Positions 1 to 9,764 of a stretch of 64,000 nt of DNA are shown here, one piece after another. The notes beneath the pieces were generated by a model. The model made no database searches. It was not told where the DNA came from and worked only from the letters and a program-made list of their open reading frames with translations. Origin of the DNA: an uncultured Mycoplasmatota bacterium (GTDB lineage Bacteria; Bacillota_I; Bacilli_A; RF39; UBA660); assembly GCA_945872435.1 (NCBI GenBank), contig CAMBYP010000001.1, positions 544 through 64,543 on the forward strand, read 5' to 3'. How positions within the stretch are numbered: the stretch's first letter is position 1; every line of letters begins with the position of its first letter. Made by a program: the position numbers and the translations under genes.

Positions 1-189
1 TATGGTGAAATGGTTCAAGAGTTTTTAAGTAAAATTCATGTTTCAATGTATTCTAGTCTCAATTCATCTTGTCCAATATTAGTTGATGACACAAATCATA
101 TTTTTTGGACTTATCACCCAAAATATTTATCTTTAACCAAAAATACACATTATGTGCAACAACTTTGTAAAGAAAAGATTAGAAAATAA
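1..189 (+). CDS. 3' end of an upstream gene (partial, hypothetical)
   Basis: Open frame from position 1 to a TAA at 187-189. No recognisable motif. Confidence 0.35.
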   Translation, partial: YGEMVQEFLSKIHVSMYSSLNSSCPILVDDTNHIFWTYHPKYLSLTKNTHYVQQLCKEKIRK

Positions 190-245
190 ATTGTAAAAAA
201 AAGGCTTTCTAGTTGTCTTGTTAAGTAATTTCTAATATAATAAGA

Positions 246-707
246 ATGGTGATGAAAATGGAATATAAAGTAACTACAAAAAATGAAATGGATACAATTG
301 AAATTGCTCAAAATTTTGAATCAGAAAAATTTCCAAATATGATTATTTGTTTAGATGGAGAGTTAGGTAGTGGGAAAACAGTTTTTACAAAGGGCATAGC
401 TAATGCATTAGGTGTTAAAGAAAGTATTACTTCACCTACTTTTACAATTATAAAAGAGTATGACGGAGAACTTCCTTTATATCATATGGATGTGTATCGT
501 TTAAATGGTTCCGTGGAAGGTACTGGGATTGAGGAATATTTTCATAAAGGTGGCGTTGTAGTAATTGAATGGGCAGATATGATACATGATATTTTGCCAG
601 AGGAAAGACTTGATATTAAATTTAAAGTTGTAGGTGAAAATTCACGTGTTTTAATATTAAAACCACACGGAAAAAAATATGAAGAATTATGTGAGGCGGT
701 ATTATGA
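246..707 (+). CDS. tsaE: tRNA threonylcarbamoyladenosine biosynthesis protein TsaE (P-loop ATPase)
   Basis: Walker A GELGSGKT; about 150 aa; immediately precedes tsaB-rimI-tsaD. The start may instead be the ATG at 264, which has a GGTGA RBS. Confidence 0.8.
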   Translation: MVMKMEYKVTTKNEMDTIEIAQNFESEKFPNMIICLDGELGSGKTVFTKGIANALGVKESITSPTFTIIKEYDGELPLYHMDVYRLNGSVEGTGIEEYFHKGGVVVIEWADMIHDILPEERLDIKFKVVGENSRVLILKPHGKKYEELCEAVL

Positions 708-1336
708 TAAAACTATTGATAGATACAGCATCTAGCCGTATTATATTAGGTTTATTTCAAAATGAAAAAATATTATCAGAAATTAATGAAGAAAATGATA
801 ATCAATTGTCAGTTAGAATATTTCCTTTAATTGATAAATTATTTGGTTTGTCAGAAATAAAACCAGAAATGGTTGATGAAATTATTGTTGTAAATGGACC
901 AGGTTCTTTTACAGGAGTTCGTATTGGTGTTACGATTGCAAAAACATATGCATGGGCATTACACAAAAAAATTACAATTATTTCGGAATTACAAATGATG
1001 GCTTCTACAAAAACTAGTGCGAAGTATCGTATTGCGATGATTGATGCTAGACGAAATGCGGTTTATGCTGGAATATATGATGAAAATTTAAATTCAGTAC
1101 TTCCTGATCAATACATTACTTTAAATCAACTACAAAGTGAAGTCAAAAAACTAGATGGAAGTTATGCATATGTTAGTTATCAAAAATTTCCGGATATTGA
1201 TGTAATCTGTCCAGATGTTAATTTAACAATGATAATAGAAAAGCATCAAGAAGATGAAGGTTTAAATCCACATGAAGTAAAACCAAATTATTTAAAGAAA
1301 ACTGAAGCGGAAGAAAAATTAGGAAAATCATGTTAA
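704..1336 (+). CDS. tsaB: tRNA t6A biosynthesis protein TsaB (YeaZ)
   Basis: GPGSFTGVRIG motif. Overlapping stop/start with tsaE in a conserved operon context. Confidence 0.8.
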   Translation: MIKLLIDTASSRIILGLFQNEKILSEINEENDNQLSVRIFPLIDKLFGLSEIKPEMVDEIIVVNGPGSFTGVRIGVTIAKTYAWALHKKITIISELQMMASTKTSAKYRIAMIDARRNAVYAGIYDENLNSVLPDQYITLNQLQSEVKKLDGSYAYVSYQKFPDIDVICPDVNLTMIIEKHQEDEGLNPHEVKPNYLKKTEAEEKLGKSC

Positions 1337-1752
1337 GTATTGAAAGAGTAAATCAAAATAATTTTATTGAATTTCAAAAAATTGTAGATTTATGTAATCA
1401 TTCAAAAGAAAGTTGGGAATTGTTTCAAAATAATTCATTTCGTTATTGTTATCTATTATTAATAGATAATATAAATTGTGCATATATCGATTTTTCATTG
1501 ATGTATGAACGCGCTGAGTTAAATCAAATTTTTGTAAAAGAGGAATATAGAAACAATCATTATTCAAATTTTTTAATGGAATTTTTTATAGAAAAATGTC
1601 TAGAAATGGGATGTATGAATATTACATTAGAGGTAAATGAAAATAATGTTATCGCATACCATTTATATGAAAAATATGGTTTTTTGTCGGTGGGAATCAG
1701 AGAAAAATATTATAAAGATGGGAATGCAATTTTAATGGAAAGGAAGTTATAA
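1330..1752 (+). CDS. rimI: ribosomal-protein-alanine N-acetyltransferase (GNAT)
   Basis: GNAT-like C-terminal core ([10 protein letters not shown]). Canonical position between tsaB and tsaD. Confidence 0.7.
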   Translation: MLSIERVNQNNFIEFQKIVDLCNHSKESWELFQNNSFRYCYLLLIDNINCAYIDFSLMYERAELNQIFVKEEYRNNHYSNFLMEFFIEKCLEMGCMNITLEVNENNVIAYHLYEKYGFLSVGIREKYYKDGNAILMERKL

Positions 1753-1753
1753 A

Positions 1754-2758
1754 ATGGATTCAGTAAATATATTAGCATTTGAATCAAGTTGTGATGAAAC
1801 AAGTGTTTCAATTATTAGAGATGGTAAAGAAGAAATTGCAACAGTTGTTTTAACGCAAATTGATATCCATAAATTATTTGGAGGTGTTGTACCAGAAGTA
1901 GCTAGTAGGCATCATATTGAAAATATTACAATTGTAATTGAGGAATGTTTAAACAAAGCGCATATGACAATGAATGATATTGATGCTATAGCAGTTACAT
2001 ATGGTCCTGGACTTATTGGGTCTCTTTTAATTGGTGTGCAAGCTGCTAAAACTTTGTCTTATTTATTTCATAAACCACTTATTCCTGTACATCATATTGC
2101 TGGCCATATTTATGCCAATAATTTAGTGGAAGAAATGAAATTTCCATTAATTGCACTTGTTGTTAGTGGAGGACATACAGAGCTTGTTTATATGAAAGAC
2201 AATTATTCATTTGAAAAAATTGGTGGTACTTTAGATGATGCAGTTGGTGAAGCATATGATAAAGTAGCAAGGGTAATTGGTCTTCCATATCCTGGTGGCC
2301 CTGCTGTTGATAAATTAGCTCATGTTGGAAAAGATACTTATTCATTACCAGTCCCACTTGATGATGATACATATCATTTTAGTTTTAGTGGTTTAAAAAG
2401 CGCAGTAATTAATTTATCTCATAATGAAACACAGCGTGGTAATGAAATTCGTAAAGAAGATTTAGCATGTTCATTTCAAAATCGTGTTGTTGAAATTTTA
2501 TCCAAGAAAACAATGAAAGCATTAAAAGAATATCATGTAGATCGTTTAATCGTAGCAGGTGGAGTAGCTGCTAATCAAGGACTTCGTGAAAATTTACAAA
2601 AATTATGTCATGAAAATAATATACATTTAATTATTCCACCTATGAAGTATTGTACAGATAATGCTGCAATGATAGGAGCAGCAGCTTATTTTGCTTATAA
2701 AAAAGGCAGAATCGCAACTCTTGATTTAAATGCAAAAGCAACAGAAGAATTAAAATAA
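1754..2758 (+). CDS. tsaD: tRNA N6-adenosine threonylcarbamoyltransferase TsaD (Kae1/Gcp)
   Basis: HHIAGH metal-binding motif, SGGHTEL and GVAAN motifs. Confidence 0.9.
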   Translation: MDSVNILAFESSCDETSVSIIRDGKEEIATVVLTQIDIHKLFGGVVPEVASRHHIENITIVIEECLNKAHMTMNDIDAIAVTYGPGLIGSLLIGVQAAKTLSYLFHKPLIPVHHIAGHIYANNLVEEMKFPLIALVVSGGHTELVYMKDNYSFEKIGGTLDDAVGEAYDKVARVIGLPYPGGPAVDKLAHVGKDTYSLPVPLDDDTYHFSFSGLKSAVINLSHNETQRGNEIRKEDLACSFQNRVVEILSKKTMKALKEYHVDRLIVAGGVAANQGLRENLQKLCHENNIHLIIPPMKYCTDNAAMIGAAAYFAYKKGRIATLDLNAKATEELK

Positions 2759-2787
2759 GTAGATGATATCATCTACTTTTATTTTTT
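2759..2787. terminator. bidirectional intrinsic terminator between tsaD and the convergent ORF
   Basis: Perfect palindrome agtagatgatatcatctact followed by a T-run. Confidence 0.5.
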
Positions 2788-3242
2788 GTCATTTTAAAAT
2801 ATAACTCTAATGTTTCACGGGGCGTGGTTTGTTCTAATTGATATATTTCTTGACCATTTACGATTCCATATTCTAAAGATAAATTATATAAGATTCTAAT
2901 TTTATATTTTTTAATAGAATCAGAAAAGTGATATAAAATTTCTTTTTGTTTATCATCTATTGTTTTTGGCAATATCAGTAAACCAGTATATCCATGCCTT
3001 TTAATATCTTTAGTAGTATTGATAAATATAATATCACCAATTAATGTATAGAAATAACTAATTGTTTCTGGGGTATGTTTATAATTTAATTTTTGAAATA
3101 TGGGAATGTGTTTATATTTTTTTGTAGCATATTCTAATAATTGAATAGAATGTGTTTCGTCATCCTCAATCTTTCCCAAATAAATGATGGGCTCATTTTT
3201 ATCAGTTTGTGGATGAATGATAGCAATTTTATAATAATCCAT
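2769..3242 (-). CDS. hypothetical protein (157 aa)
   Basis: Long ORF with coding-like composition. No recognisable motif. Confidence 0.45.
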   Translation of the reverse strand: MDYYKIAIIHPQTDKNEPIIYLGKIEDDETHSIQLLEYATKKYKHIPIFQKLNYKHTPETISYFYTLIGDIIFINTTKDIKRHGYTGLLILPKTIDDKQKEILYHFSDSIKKYKIRILYNLSLEYGIVNGQEIYQLEQTTPRETLELYFKMTKNKSR

Positions 3243-3314
3243 AATATTCTCCTTTTTTATTTATTTTAGCAAAAAAAAAGTAAAATAAAAAGATGAAGTT
3301 TGAACTTCACCTTT

Positions 3315-4001
3315 TTATTTAAAAATTACAGGTAAGATGAAAATAGTGATTACTAAAACGATAAAGTATACAATTGCATAAACGTAACCTAATTTATTCT
3401 TATCAATATTTGAAGTATATGATAAACCTTGAACCATATATACAGTAGACAAAAGCATACCAGTTAATAAGAATAAAATCATCAATTGCATAGATACATA
3501 CATTAGTACAATTGTACCCAGTAAAGTAATAGAAGATATAATAGAAGTAATTCCTAAATAAGCAATCATCTTTTTATAATTTGTATCTGTATGAAATAAT
3601 TTATTTACTACAAGATAGAATAATCCAGCGATAATTGCATAAGTAATTAGACCACTTAATAATGAAGTAAAGAAAATTCGTGCATAAGGAATCTCAATCG
3701 TACGAACCATGAAACTGTTGAATCCAGTAGTAAATGCACCAATTAACTCTTTTGCTCCTAAACAACAAAATAAAGCAATAATAATACAGTTCATTACAAG
3801 TAGGATGATTCCTAAAGTTATGTTTTCTGTTTGAATTGTTTCTTTCATAGTATCAATTGGATGTGTAAACATTCCTTTTATAGAAGTAATTAATTCATCC
3901 ATATCAAATGTTTTTGTTATTGTATTTGTTTGTTCGTTATTACAATTAGGGCATTTTCCATCTACTAACTTAGCCCCACATTTTGTACAAAATTTTGCCA
4001 T
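3315..4001 (-). CDS. zinc-ribbon domain membrane protein (Yip1/DUF-like polytopic)
   Basis: N-terminal CxxC-x10-CxxC (CTKCGAKLVDGKCPNCN) followed by about 5 TM helices. An intrinsic terminator lies downstream at about 3290-3318. Confidence 0.55.
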   Translation of the reverse strand: MAKFCTKCGAKLVDGKCPNCNNEQTNTITKTFDMDELITSIKGMFTHPIDTMKETIQTENITLGIILLVMNCIIIALFCCLGAKELIGAFTTGFNSFMVRTIEIPYARIFFTSLLSGLITYAIIAGLFYLVVNKLFHTDTNYKKMIAYLGITSIISSITLLGTIVLMYVSMQLMILFLLTGMLLSTVYMVQGLSYTSNIDKNKLGYVYAIVYFIVLVITIFILPVIFK

Positions 4002-4013
4002 ATCATTTCCTCC

Positions 4014-5264
4014 TTAAAAATATTTTGAAAAATAAGATGGTAGACTACTCATATCTACTAAGTGATATGAATCATCTGTATAACTATATGAAACATATAT
4101 TCCATCTGATGAAGATTTTGTTTTTTGTTTTGTTTCTCCATCTTCTTCATAAGCAATGGTGTAATCATATTTTGTATATAGATACATTGTTAAATAACCA
4201 TCATCATCTAATTCTAAATTTCTTAATTCCATGTCTTTAAATTCAATATTTTTTAATGATGTGGTAGTGTATGAAGACATACTATCTTTTAAATCTTCAT
4301 ATTCATCTTTTAAATCATCTAATTCAATATTTTTGCCTTCAAAATTGTTTTTGATATCATCAAAGTTTTTATTTTCAATAATACCTTTATAAATAATTTC
4401 TAAATCTTTTTTTGCTTGTTCTGTCATTTTTTCTTTTTCTTTACTAGGAATGTTGTCTTCATCAAAGTGAATTGTTTGAGAATTAGAATATGTATTTACA
4501 TTTAATTCATCCTCTAATGAAAATCCAAAAGGTAATTCAATTTTCATTTCATATGTAAGAGGTAACATTGCTGGTAATTGATAAACATCTGTAGATGATG
4601 TGCTTTCTTCTTTATCAATATATTTTTTATCTAATTCGATTCCTTCTAAAGTAACTTTTGAATTTTTTAATACAGAAAGTTCAAAATCATCAACAGTTTT
4701 TAGAGAGTTATCTGAGACTTTCCAATTTTCAAAGAATAAGAATTTATTATTTTTTTGCTTTGTTAATGTTATTTGTTCTGTTTCATCATTTGTTTTTCCT
4801 TCAATGGTATAACTGATAGTTACATACATAGAAAGACCACTGTTACTTTTTTCAGTTTTGGTTACTTTATAATTTGTAATTTTTTTAGGATTGTTTTCTT
4901 TTTTCATTCTTTCAACAATTTTTTTGAAAACTTTTTTGCTGGTAAATTCGCTATTTTTAATATCTAAATAAGAATATAATTTATCAGCATCATATGAAGT
5001 AGCTGCATTAAAATATGCAGTTGCAACCTTTTTAGGGTCTGTTAGATTTTTCCCGATGATAAAACCAATACTTAGTAATATAATAACTATAATACTAATG
5101 ATCATGATTATTTTAGATTGTTTACTCATTGGCTTTCTTTCTTTTTGTTTTTTGAGAGTAGTTTTTATTTCACTTTTTTCTTCTGCTTTTAATGGTTTTC
5201 CACATTCTTCGCAAAATTTGGCATCTAGTTTATTTTTATAACCACATTCACCACAAAACATCAT
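4014..5264 (-). CDS. zinc-ribbon membrane-anchored protein with a large extracytoplasmic domain
   Basis: N-terminal CGECG..CEECG zinc ribbon, a single TM, then a 330 aa Lys/Glu-rich ectodomain. Paired with the preceding zinc-ribbon protein. Confidence 0.55.
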   Translation of the reverse strand: MMFCGECGYKNKLDAKFCEECGKPLKAEEKSEIKTTLKKQKERKPMSKQSKIIMIISIIVIILLSIGFIIGKNLTDPKKVATAYFNAATSYDADKLYSYLDIKNSEFTSKKVFKKIVERMKKENNPKKITNYKVTKTEKSNSGLSMYVTISYTIEGKTNDETEQITLTKQKNNKFLFFENWKVSDNSLKTVDDFELSVLKNSKVTLEGIELDKKYIDKEESTSSTDVYQLPAMLPLTYEMKIELPFGFSLEDELNVNTYSNSQTIHFDEDNIPSKEKEKMTEQAKKDLEIIYKGIIENKNFDDIKNNFEGKNIELDDLKDEYEDLKDSMSSYTTTSLKNIEFKDMELRNLELDDDGYLTMYLYTKYDYTIAYEEDGETKQKTKSSSDGIYVSYSYTDDSYHLVDMSSLPSYFSKYF

Positions 5265-5342
5265 ATATCATCCTCCTTCGTACTCCTAGTTATAATGTAA
5301 CTTATTTTATATCTGCTGTCAATTTAATATTTATTTAATTTT

Positions 5343-5386
5343 AAAAAAAATATACAAAAAATAATTTATTTCTTGTATATTTTTTG
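5343..5386. terminator. bidirectional intrinsic terminator downstream of the ABC permease
   Basis: Hairpin atatacaaaaaataatttatttcttgtatat flanked by an A-run and a T-run. Confidence 0.5.
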
Positions 5387-5387
5387 A

Positions 5388-6260
5388 TTATTTTATTGTT
5401 TTTTTCTCTATATAGTTAATCATATAATACATAATAGTAGCAACAATTGCTAAAATGATAATTCCAGTCATTACTAAATCTAGATTGAACACTTGAGAAC
5501 CATACATAATTAAATATCCGATTCCTTCTTTCGAAACTAAAAATTCTCCAGTAATGACTCCGATTAAGGACATACTAATATTAATTTTTAATGCATTTAA
5601 GATGGTTTGTAAACTACTAGGCATGATTACCTTTTGATAAATCTGCCATTTTGTTGCTTTCCATGATTGTAATAATCTTATTTTATATGTATCTGTCTCT
5701 ATAAAACTTTGATAAACATTCATGATAGTAATAATTACTGAGATAAATAAGGCCATTAAGATAATAGAATTTTTACCGGCACCAGCCCAAATGATAATGA
5801 TAGGACCTAGTGCAACTTTTGGAAGACTATTTAAAATAGTTAAATATGGATCAAGTACTTTTGCTAAAAATGGGAACCACCATAATACGGTAGCAATTAA
5901 AAAGCCTAAACCTGTTCCTAAGGAAAAGCTAATCATTGTTTCATAACATGTAACCCATATGTGATACCATAGCTTTCCATCTTTTATTAGTTCTAATATG
6001 GTTTCTAATACATTTTTAGGACTAGATGATATAAATGTATTAATGATTTCTAAATCAGCAAATAACTGCCAAGCAAATATAAATAAGAATAAAATCATTA
6101 CTTGTGTGATATGAACATATCTTTTATTCTTTTTTATTTTTTTTAAAAATAGGAGATGTTCATGACTATACATGGAAATCAATCTCCTTCCATATTTGAT
6201 CATAATATTTAGAAAATTCTTTACATTTTCTATTTTCAATTGGTGTACTACGATTTTCAA
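5388..6260 (-). CDS. ABC transporter permease, NitT/TauT family (SsuC/ThiX-like)
   Basis: Six TM helices. A permease EAA-like region. Overlaps the ATPase gene, which is typical of ssu-type operons. Confidence 0.8.
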   Translation of the reverse strand: MKIVVHQLKIENVKNFLNIMIKYGRRLISMYSHEHLLFLKKIKKNKRYVHITQVMILFLFIFAWQLFADLEIINTFISSSPKNVLETILELIKDGKLWYHIWVTCYETMISFSLGTGLGFLIATVLWWFPFLAKVLDPYLTILNSLPKVALGPIIIIWAGAGKNSIILMALFISVIITIMNVYQSFIETDTYKIRLLQSWKATKWQIYQKVIMPSSLQTILNALKINISMSLIGVITGEFLVSKEGIGYLIMYGSQVFNLDLVMTGIIILAIVATIMYYMINYIEKKTIK

Positions 6261-6912
6261 ATTGAATTGTATGTATATTTTTTATTTGACAAGGTCTTTC
6301 TGTTAAAACAATAATACGGTCTGCCATGCTAATAGCTTCAGCTAAATCATGGGTTACCATAATTGCACTTTTCTTTTCTTTTTTGATAATTTGATAAACA
6401 TCATCAGATACGGCTAATCTGGATTGGTAATCTAATGCTGAAAATGGTTCATCTAAAAGTAAAATATCGGGTTTTGTTGCTAATGTTCTAATTAGAGCAA
6501 CTCTTTGTCTCATACCTCCAGATAAATTAGCTGGATAACTATGGATAAAGTCTTTTAAGCCATATGTTTTTAAAAGAGATAGTACATAATCTTTATTTTC
6601 ATTAGTTAATTGATTTGTAATCTCTAACCCCAATAGACAATTGTCTAAAATTGTTCTCCAAGGAAATAAACTATCTTGTTGTAACATATATCCAAAAGTT
6701 ATATTTTTATTTTTTTCAATGGTACCATTTGATTTTTCTAGTAAATCACAAAGAATTGATAAAATAGTTGATTTACCACATCCACTAGGTCCTACAATGG
6801 CAATGAATTCTCCTGGTTTTAAATCAAATGTAATATCTTTAATAGCAGGCGTTTCTCCTTGTTTTGTATGATACGTCTTTTTGAGATGATGAACTTTTAA
6901 TAATGATTTCAT
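6166..6912 (-). CDS. ABC transporter ATP-binding protein, NitT/TauT family (SsuB/ThiZ-like)
   Basis: Walker A GPSGCGKST, signature LSGGMRQRV, Walker B LLLDEPFSALD. Confidence 0.85.
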   Translation of the reverse strand: MKSLLKVHHLKKTYHTKQGETPAIKDITFDLKPGEFIAIVGPSGCGKSTILSILCDLLEKSNGTIEKNKNITFGYMLQQDSLFPWRTILDNCLLGLEITNQLTNENKDYVLSLLKTYGLKDFIHSYPANLSGGMRQRVALIRTLATKPDILLLDEPFSALDYQSRLAVSDDVYQIIKKEKKSAIMVTHDLAEAISMADRIIVLTERPCQIKNIHTIQFENRSTPIENRKCKEFSKYYDQIWKEIDFHV

Positions 6913-6913
6913 A

Positions 6914-7474
6914 TTATTTTTTCAAAAATTTAGTTGTTACTAATTGATTGTAAGGAGCTTGTTTTTCTAATTCACCTGCATTTTTTATAATATCTTGGAT
7001 ATGATTAAAATCTTTTTCTTGAATTTCAGTAGTACGAAACCAAGAGTCTATATTACGATAACGTTTTACAATTTCCTCTAAATCATTTAAAGAAGTGTCA
7101 GGAAATTCATCTTGAATTATTTTTGCTACTTCTTGATCAGAATGATTATGTACATAATCCAGTCCTTTTTGAATGGCATTAGAGAAGCTTTGAATGATAT
7201 CTTGGTGATTTTCAATATAACTTTTTCTAGCATGATATGTGGTATAAGGAACAATTCCACCAAGTTCTCCTAAAGAAGCAACGACATATCCATATCCTTC
7301 TTTTTCTAATTGTAAAGCATTTGGTTCAAATAAATTGACAAAATCTCCATTTCCACCAATAAAAGATCCACTCATTGCGGCAAATTCAACACTGGTATCA
7401 ATGTTGACATCTTGTTTTGGATCAATGCCATTTTGTTTTAAAGCCCATTCAAAGGTCATCACGGGCATACCACC
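6914..7474 (-). pseudogene. C-terminal half of a NitT/TauT-family substrate-binding protein gene (SsuA/ThiY/NMT1-like), separated from its N-terminal half by the island
   Basis: 184 aa resembling only the C-terminal lobe of NMT1/SsuA substrate-binding proteins. It has no signal peptide or N-lobe. The frame is open upstream only to a TGA at 7481-7483. The N-lobe with its signal peptide is at 16110..16534 on the same strand. Confidence 0.7.
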
Positions 7475-7575
7475 AGTACGTCATTGTAGTGATAACCTAA
7501 ATAATTTATATTTAATATCTTTACCTCTTTCTAAGAATGTGTTATACTTTAGTTAAAATAGGGATGGTAAATTGT

Positions 7576-8301
7576 ATGAAGATGTTGAAGAGTTTAATCA
7601 TTTTTGTAGGTGTTATTTTTTTGTTATGTGGATGTGGTAAATCACAAGATGAATTAGTTATGGTGACAGAAGCTGGGTTTGCCCCATATGAATATTATAA
7701 AAACGGAGAAATTATTGGTGTTGATATTGAAATTGCGAAAGAAATTGCAAAAGAAATGAACAAACAGTTAGTTGTTAAAGATGTTGCTTTTGATTCTATT
7801 GTAAATGAATTACAAAGTGGGAAAGCAGATTTTGCAGCTGCAGGGATGAGTATTACAGAAGAAAGAAAAAAACAAGTAGATTTTACAATAGAATATACAA
7901 CTTCAAATCAAGTAGTTGTAGTAAAAAAAGATAGTAATATTACTAATTTAAATGATATTAAAGATAAAAGAATTTCAGTTCAATTAGGTACTGTTGCTGA
8001 TCAATATGTAACAAAGAATTATAAAAATGCGAAAGTAAATCGTTTAAAGAAATTTTTGATTGCAGCAGAAGATGTAAAAAATAATAAAAGTGATTGTATT
8101 GTTATGGATGCATTACCTGCTAAAGAGCTAGTAAAAAGTAATCCTGAATTAAAAATATTAGACGGTGTTTTATTTCAAGATAAGTATGGTATGGCAGTAA
8201 AAAAGGGTAATCAAGAATTATTGAATACAATCAATCAAGTTTTAGAACGTTTAATTAGTGAAGGAAAAATTGAAGAATATATGATTCAATTTAGTGAATA
8301 G
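7576..8301 (+). CDS. amino-acid ABC transporter substrate-binding lipoprotein (polar amino acid family; candidate arginine-binding)
   Basis: Signal peptide with lipobox LLCGCG. Type-3 periplasmic binding-protein fold. RBS AGGGA 10 nt upstream. First gene of the island. Confidence 0.8.
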   Translation: MKMLKSLIIFVGVIFLLCGCGKSQDELVMVTEAGFAPYEYYKNGEIIGVDIEIAKEIAKEMNKQLVVKDVAFDSIVNELQSGKADFAAAGMSITEERKKQVDFTIEYTTSNQVVVVKKDSNITNLNDIKDKRISVQLGTVADQYVTKNYKNAKVNRLKKFLIAAEDVKNNKSDCIVMDALPAKELVKSNPELKILDGVLFQDKYGMAVKKGNQELLNTINQVLERLISEGKIEEYMIQFSE

Positions 8302-8312
8302 GGGTTGTAATC

Positions 8313-9011
8313 ATGAGTATCGTAGATTCATTTTATCAGTCAATCATTGTAGATCAGCGTTATCAATATATTTTAGAAGGTTTAAAAAATACATTGTTAA
8401 TCGCTTTTTTTGCTTTGTTCTTAGGACTTAGTTTAGGTATATTAATTGCTTTGATTAGAAATAGTTATAAAGAAACGAAAAAACATAAGATTTTAAATAT
8501 TTTGTGCACATTTTATGTCACCATCATTAGAGGAACACCGACTGTATTACAATTGATGATTATTTATTATGTGATTTTTAAACAAGTAAATATTAGTGTA
8601 ATTTTTGTAGGTGTTCTTTCTTTTGGATTGAATTCTGCAGCTTATGTTTCAGAAATTATAAGAGCTGGAATTGAATCTATTGATAAAGGGCAAAAAGAAG
8701 CAGCTCATTCTTTAGGACTTAATTATTTACAATTAATGCGTTATATTATCTTGCCACAAGCAATTAAAAATGTTTTACCCGCATTAGGAAATGAATTTAT
8801 CACTTTATTAAAAGAAACTTCAGTTGCAGGATATATTGGAATTATTGAATTAGTAAAAGCGAGTGATATTATTGCTTCTAATACATATGATTATTTTTTC
8901 CCACTCATTATTGTAGCAATTATTTATTTAATTTTGACATTAGGTCTTTCTAAATTGTTAAAATTATTAGAAAGGAAAATGAATCTTCATGCAGACGTTG
9001 TTGAAAGTTGA
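8313..9011 (+). CDS. amino-acid ABC transporter permease (HisM/GlnP family)
   Basis: Multi-TM with EAA-like loop (SLGLNYLQLMRYIILPQAIKNVLPALGNE). Confidence 0.85.
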   Translation: MSIVDSFYQSIIVDQRYQYILEGLKNTLLIAFFALFLGLSLGILIALIRNSYKETKKHKILNILCTFYVTIIRGTPTVLQLMIIYYVIFKQVNISVIFVGVLSFGLNSAAYVSEIIRAGIESIDKGQKEAAHSLGLNYLQLMRYIILPQAIKNVLPALGNEFITLLKETSVAGYIGIIELVKASDIIASNTYDYFFPLIIVAIIYLILTLGLSKLLKLLERKMNLHADVVES

Positions 9012-9708
9012 AAATTTATATAAATCATTTGGTGATATAGAGGTATTACATAATATTAATTTTGAAATTAATAAAGGTGATATTGTAGTTATCATTGGCC
9101 CTAGTGGAAGTGGAAAAAGTACATTTTTAAGATGTTTAAATTTTTTAGAAAAGCCTACAAATGGGAAAATTTTATTAAATGAAAAAGAAATGAAAGATAA
9201 TTTAGAATTACATAAAAAAATAGGAATGGTATTTCAAAGTTTTAATTTATTTTCAAATTTAACTGTATTAGAAAATATTACTTTGGCACCAATTAAAACA
9301 AAACAATTGTCTGAAAAAGAAGCACAAAATGAAGCAATGAAATTACTTCGAATGATTGGATTAGAAGATAAAAAAGATGTATACCCAGATAATTTATCGG
9401 GAGGACAAAAGCAAAGAGTTGCTATTATTAGAAGTTTAATTATGAACCCTGAAATTATGTTATTTGATGAACCAACAAGCGCTTTAGATCCTGAAATGAT
9501 TGAAGAAGTATTAACTTTAATGAAAGAAGTAGCACAAAAAGGAATGACTATGGTGATTGTTACTCATGAACTTGATTTTGCAAATGATATAGCAAATAAA
9601 GTTGTTTTTATGGATGAAGGTAAAATTGTAGAAACTGGAACGCCAACTGAAATTTTTAAAAATCCAAAAACAGAACGTTTAAAAGAATTTTTATCAAAAA
9701 TTAAATAA
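8989..9708 (+). CDS. amino-acid ABC transporter ATP-binding protein (GlnQ/ArtP-like)
   Basis: Walker A GPSGSGKST, LSGGQKQRVAI, Walker B MLFDEPTSALD. Confidence 0.85.
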   Translation: MQTLLKVENLYKSFGDIEVLHNINFEINKGDIVVIIGPSGSGKSTFLRCLNFLEKPTNGKILLNEKEMKDNLELHKKIGMVFQSFNLFSNLTVLENITLAPIKTKQLSEKEAQNEAMKLLRMIGLEDKKDVYPDNLSGGQKQRVAIIRSLIMNPEIMLFDEPTSALDPEMIEEVLTLMKEVAQKGMTMVIVTHELDFANDIANKVVFMDEGKIVETGTPTEIFKNPKTERLKEFLSKIK

Positions 9709-9764
9709 TACGAGTTTAGAGAGACCTCGTTATCAAAAAACTCAAGAAGGAAAGGGAGGAAATT

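Noticed and set aside
9709-9764. Possible terminator between the amino-acid ABC ATPase gene and arcA (acgag...ctcgt)
   Set aside because: Short 5-bp stem with an 11-nt loop and no real U-run. It more likely reflects read-through into arcA, so the transporter and arc genes form one operon.
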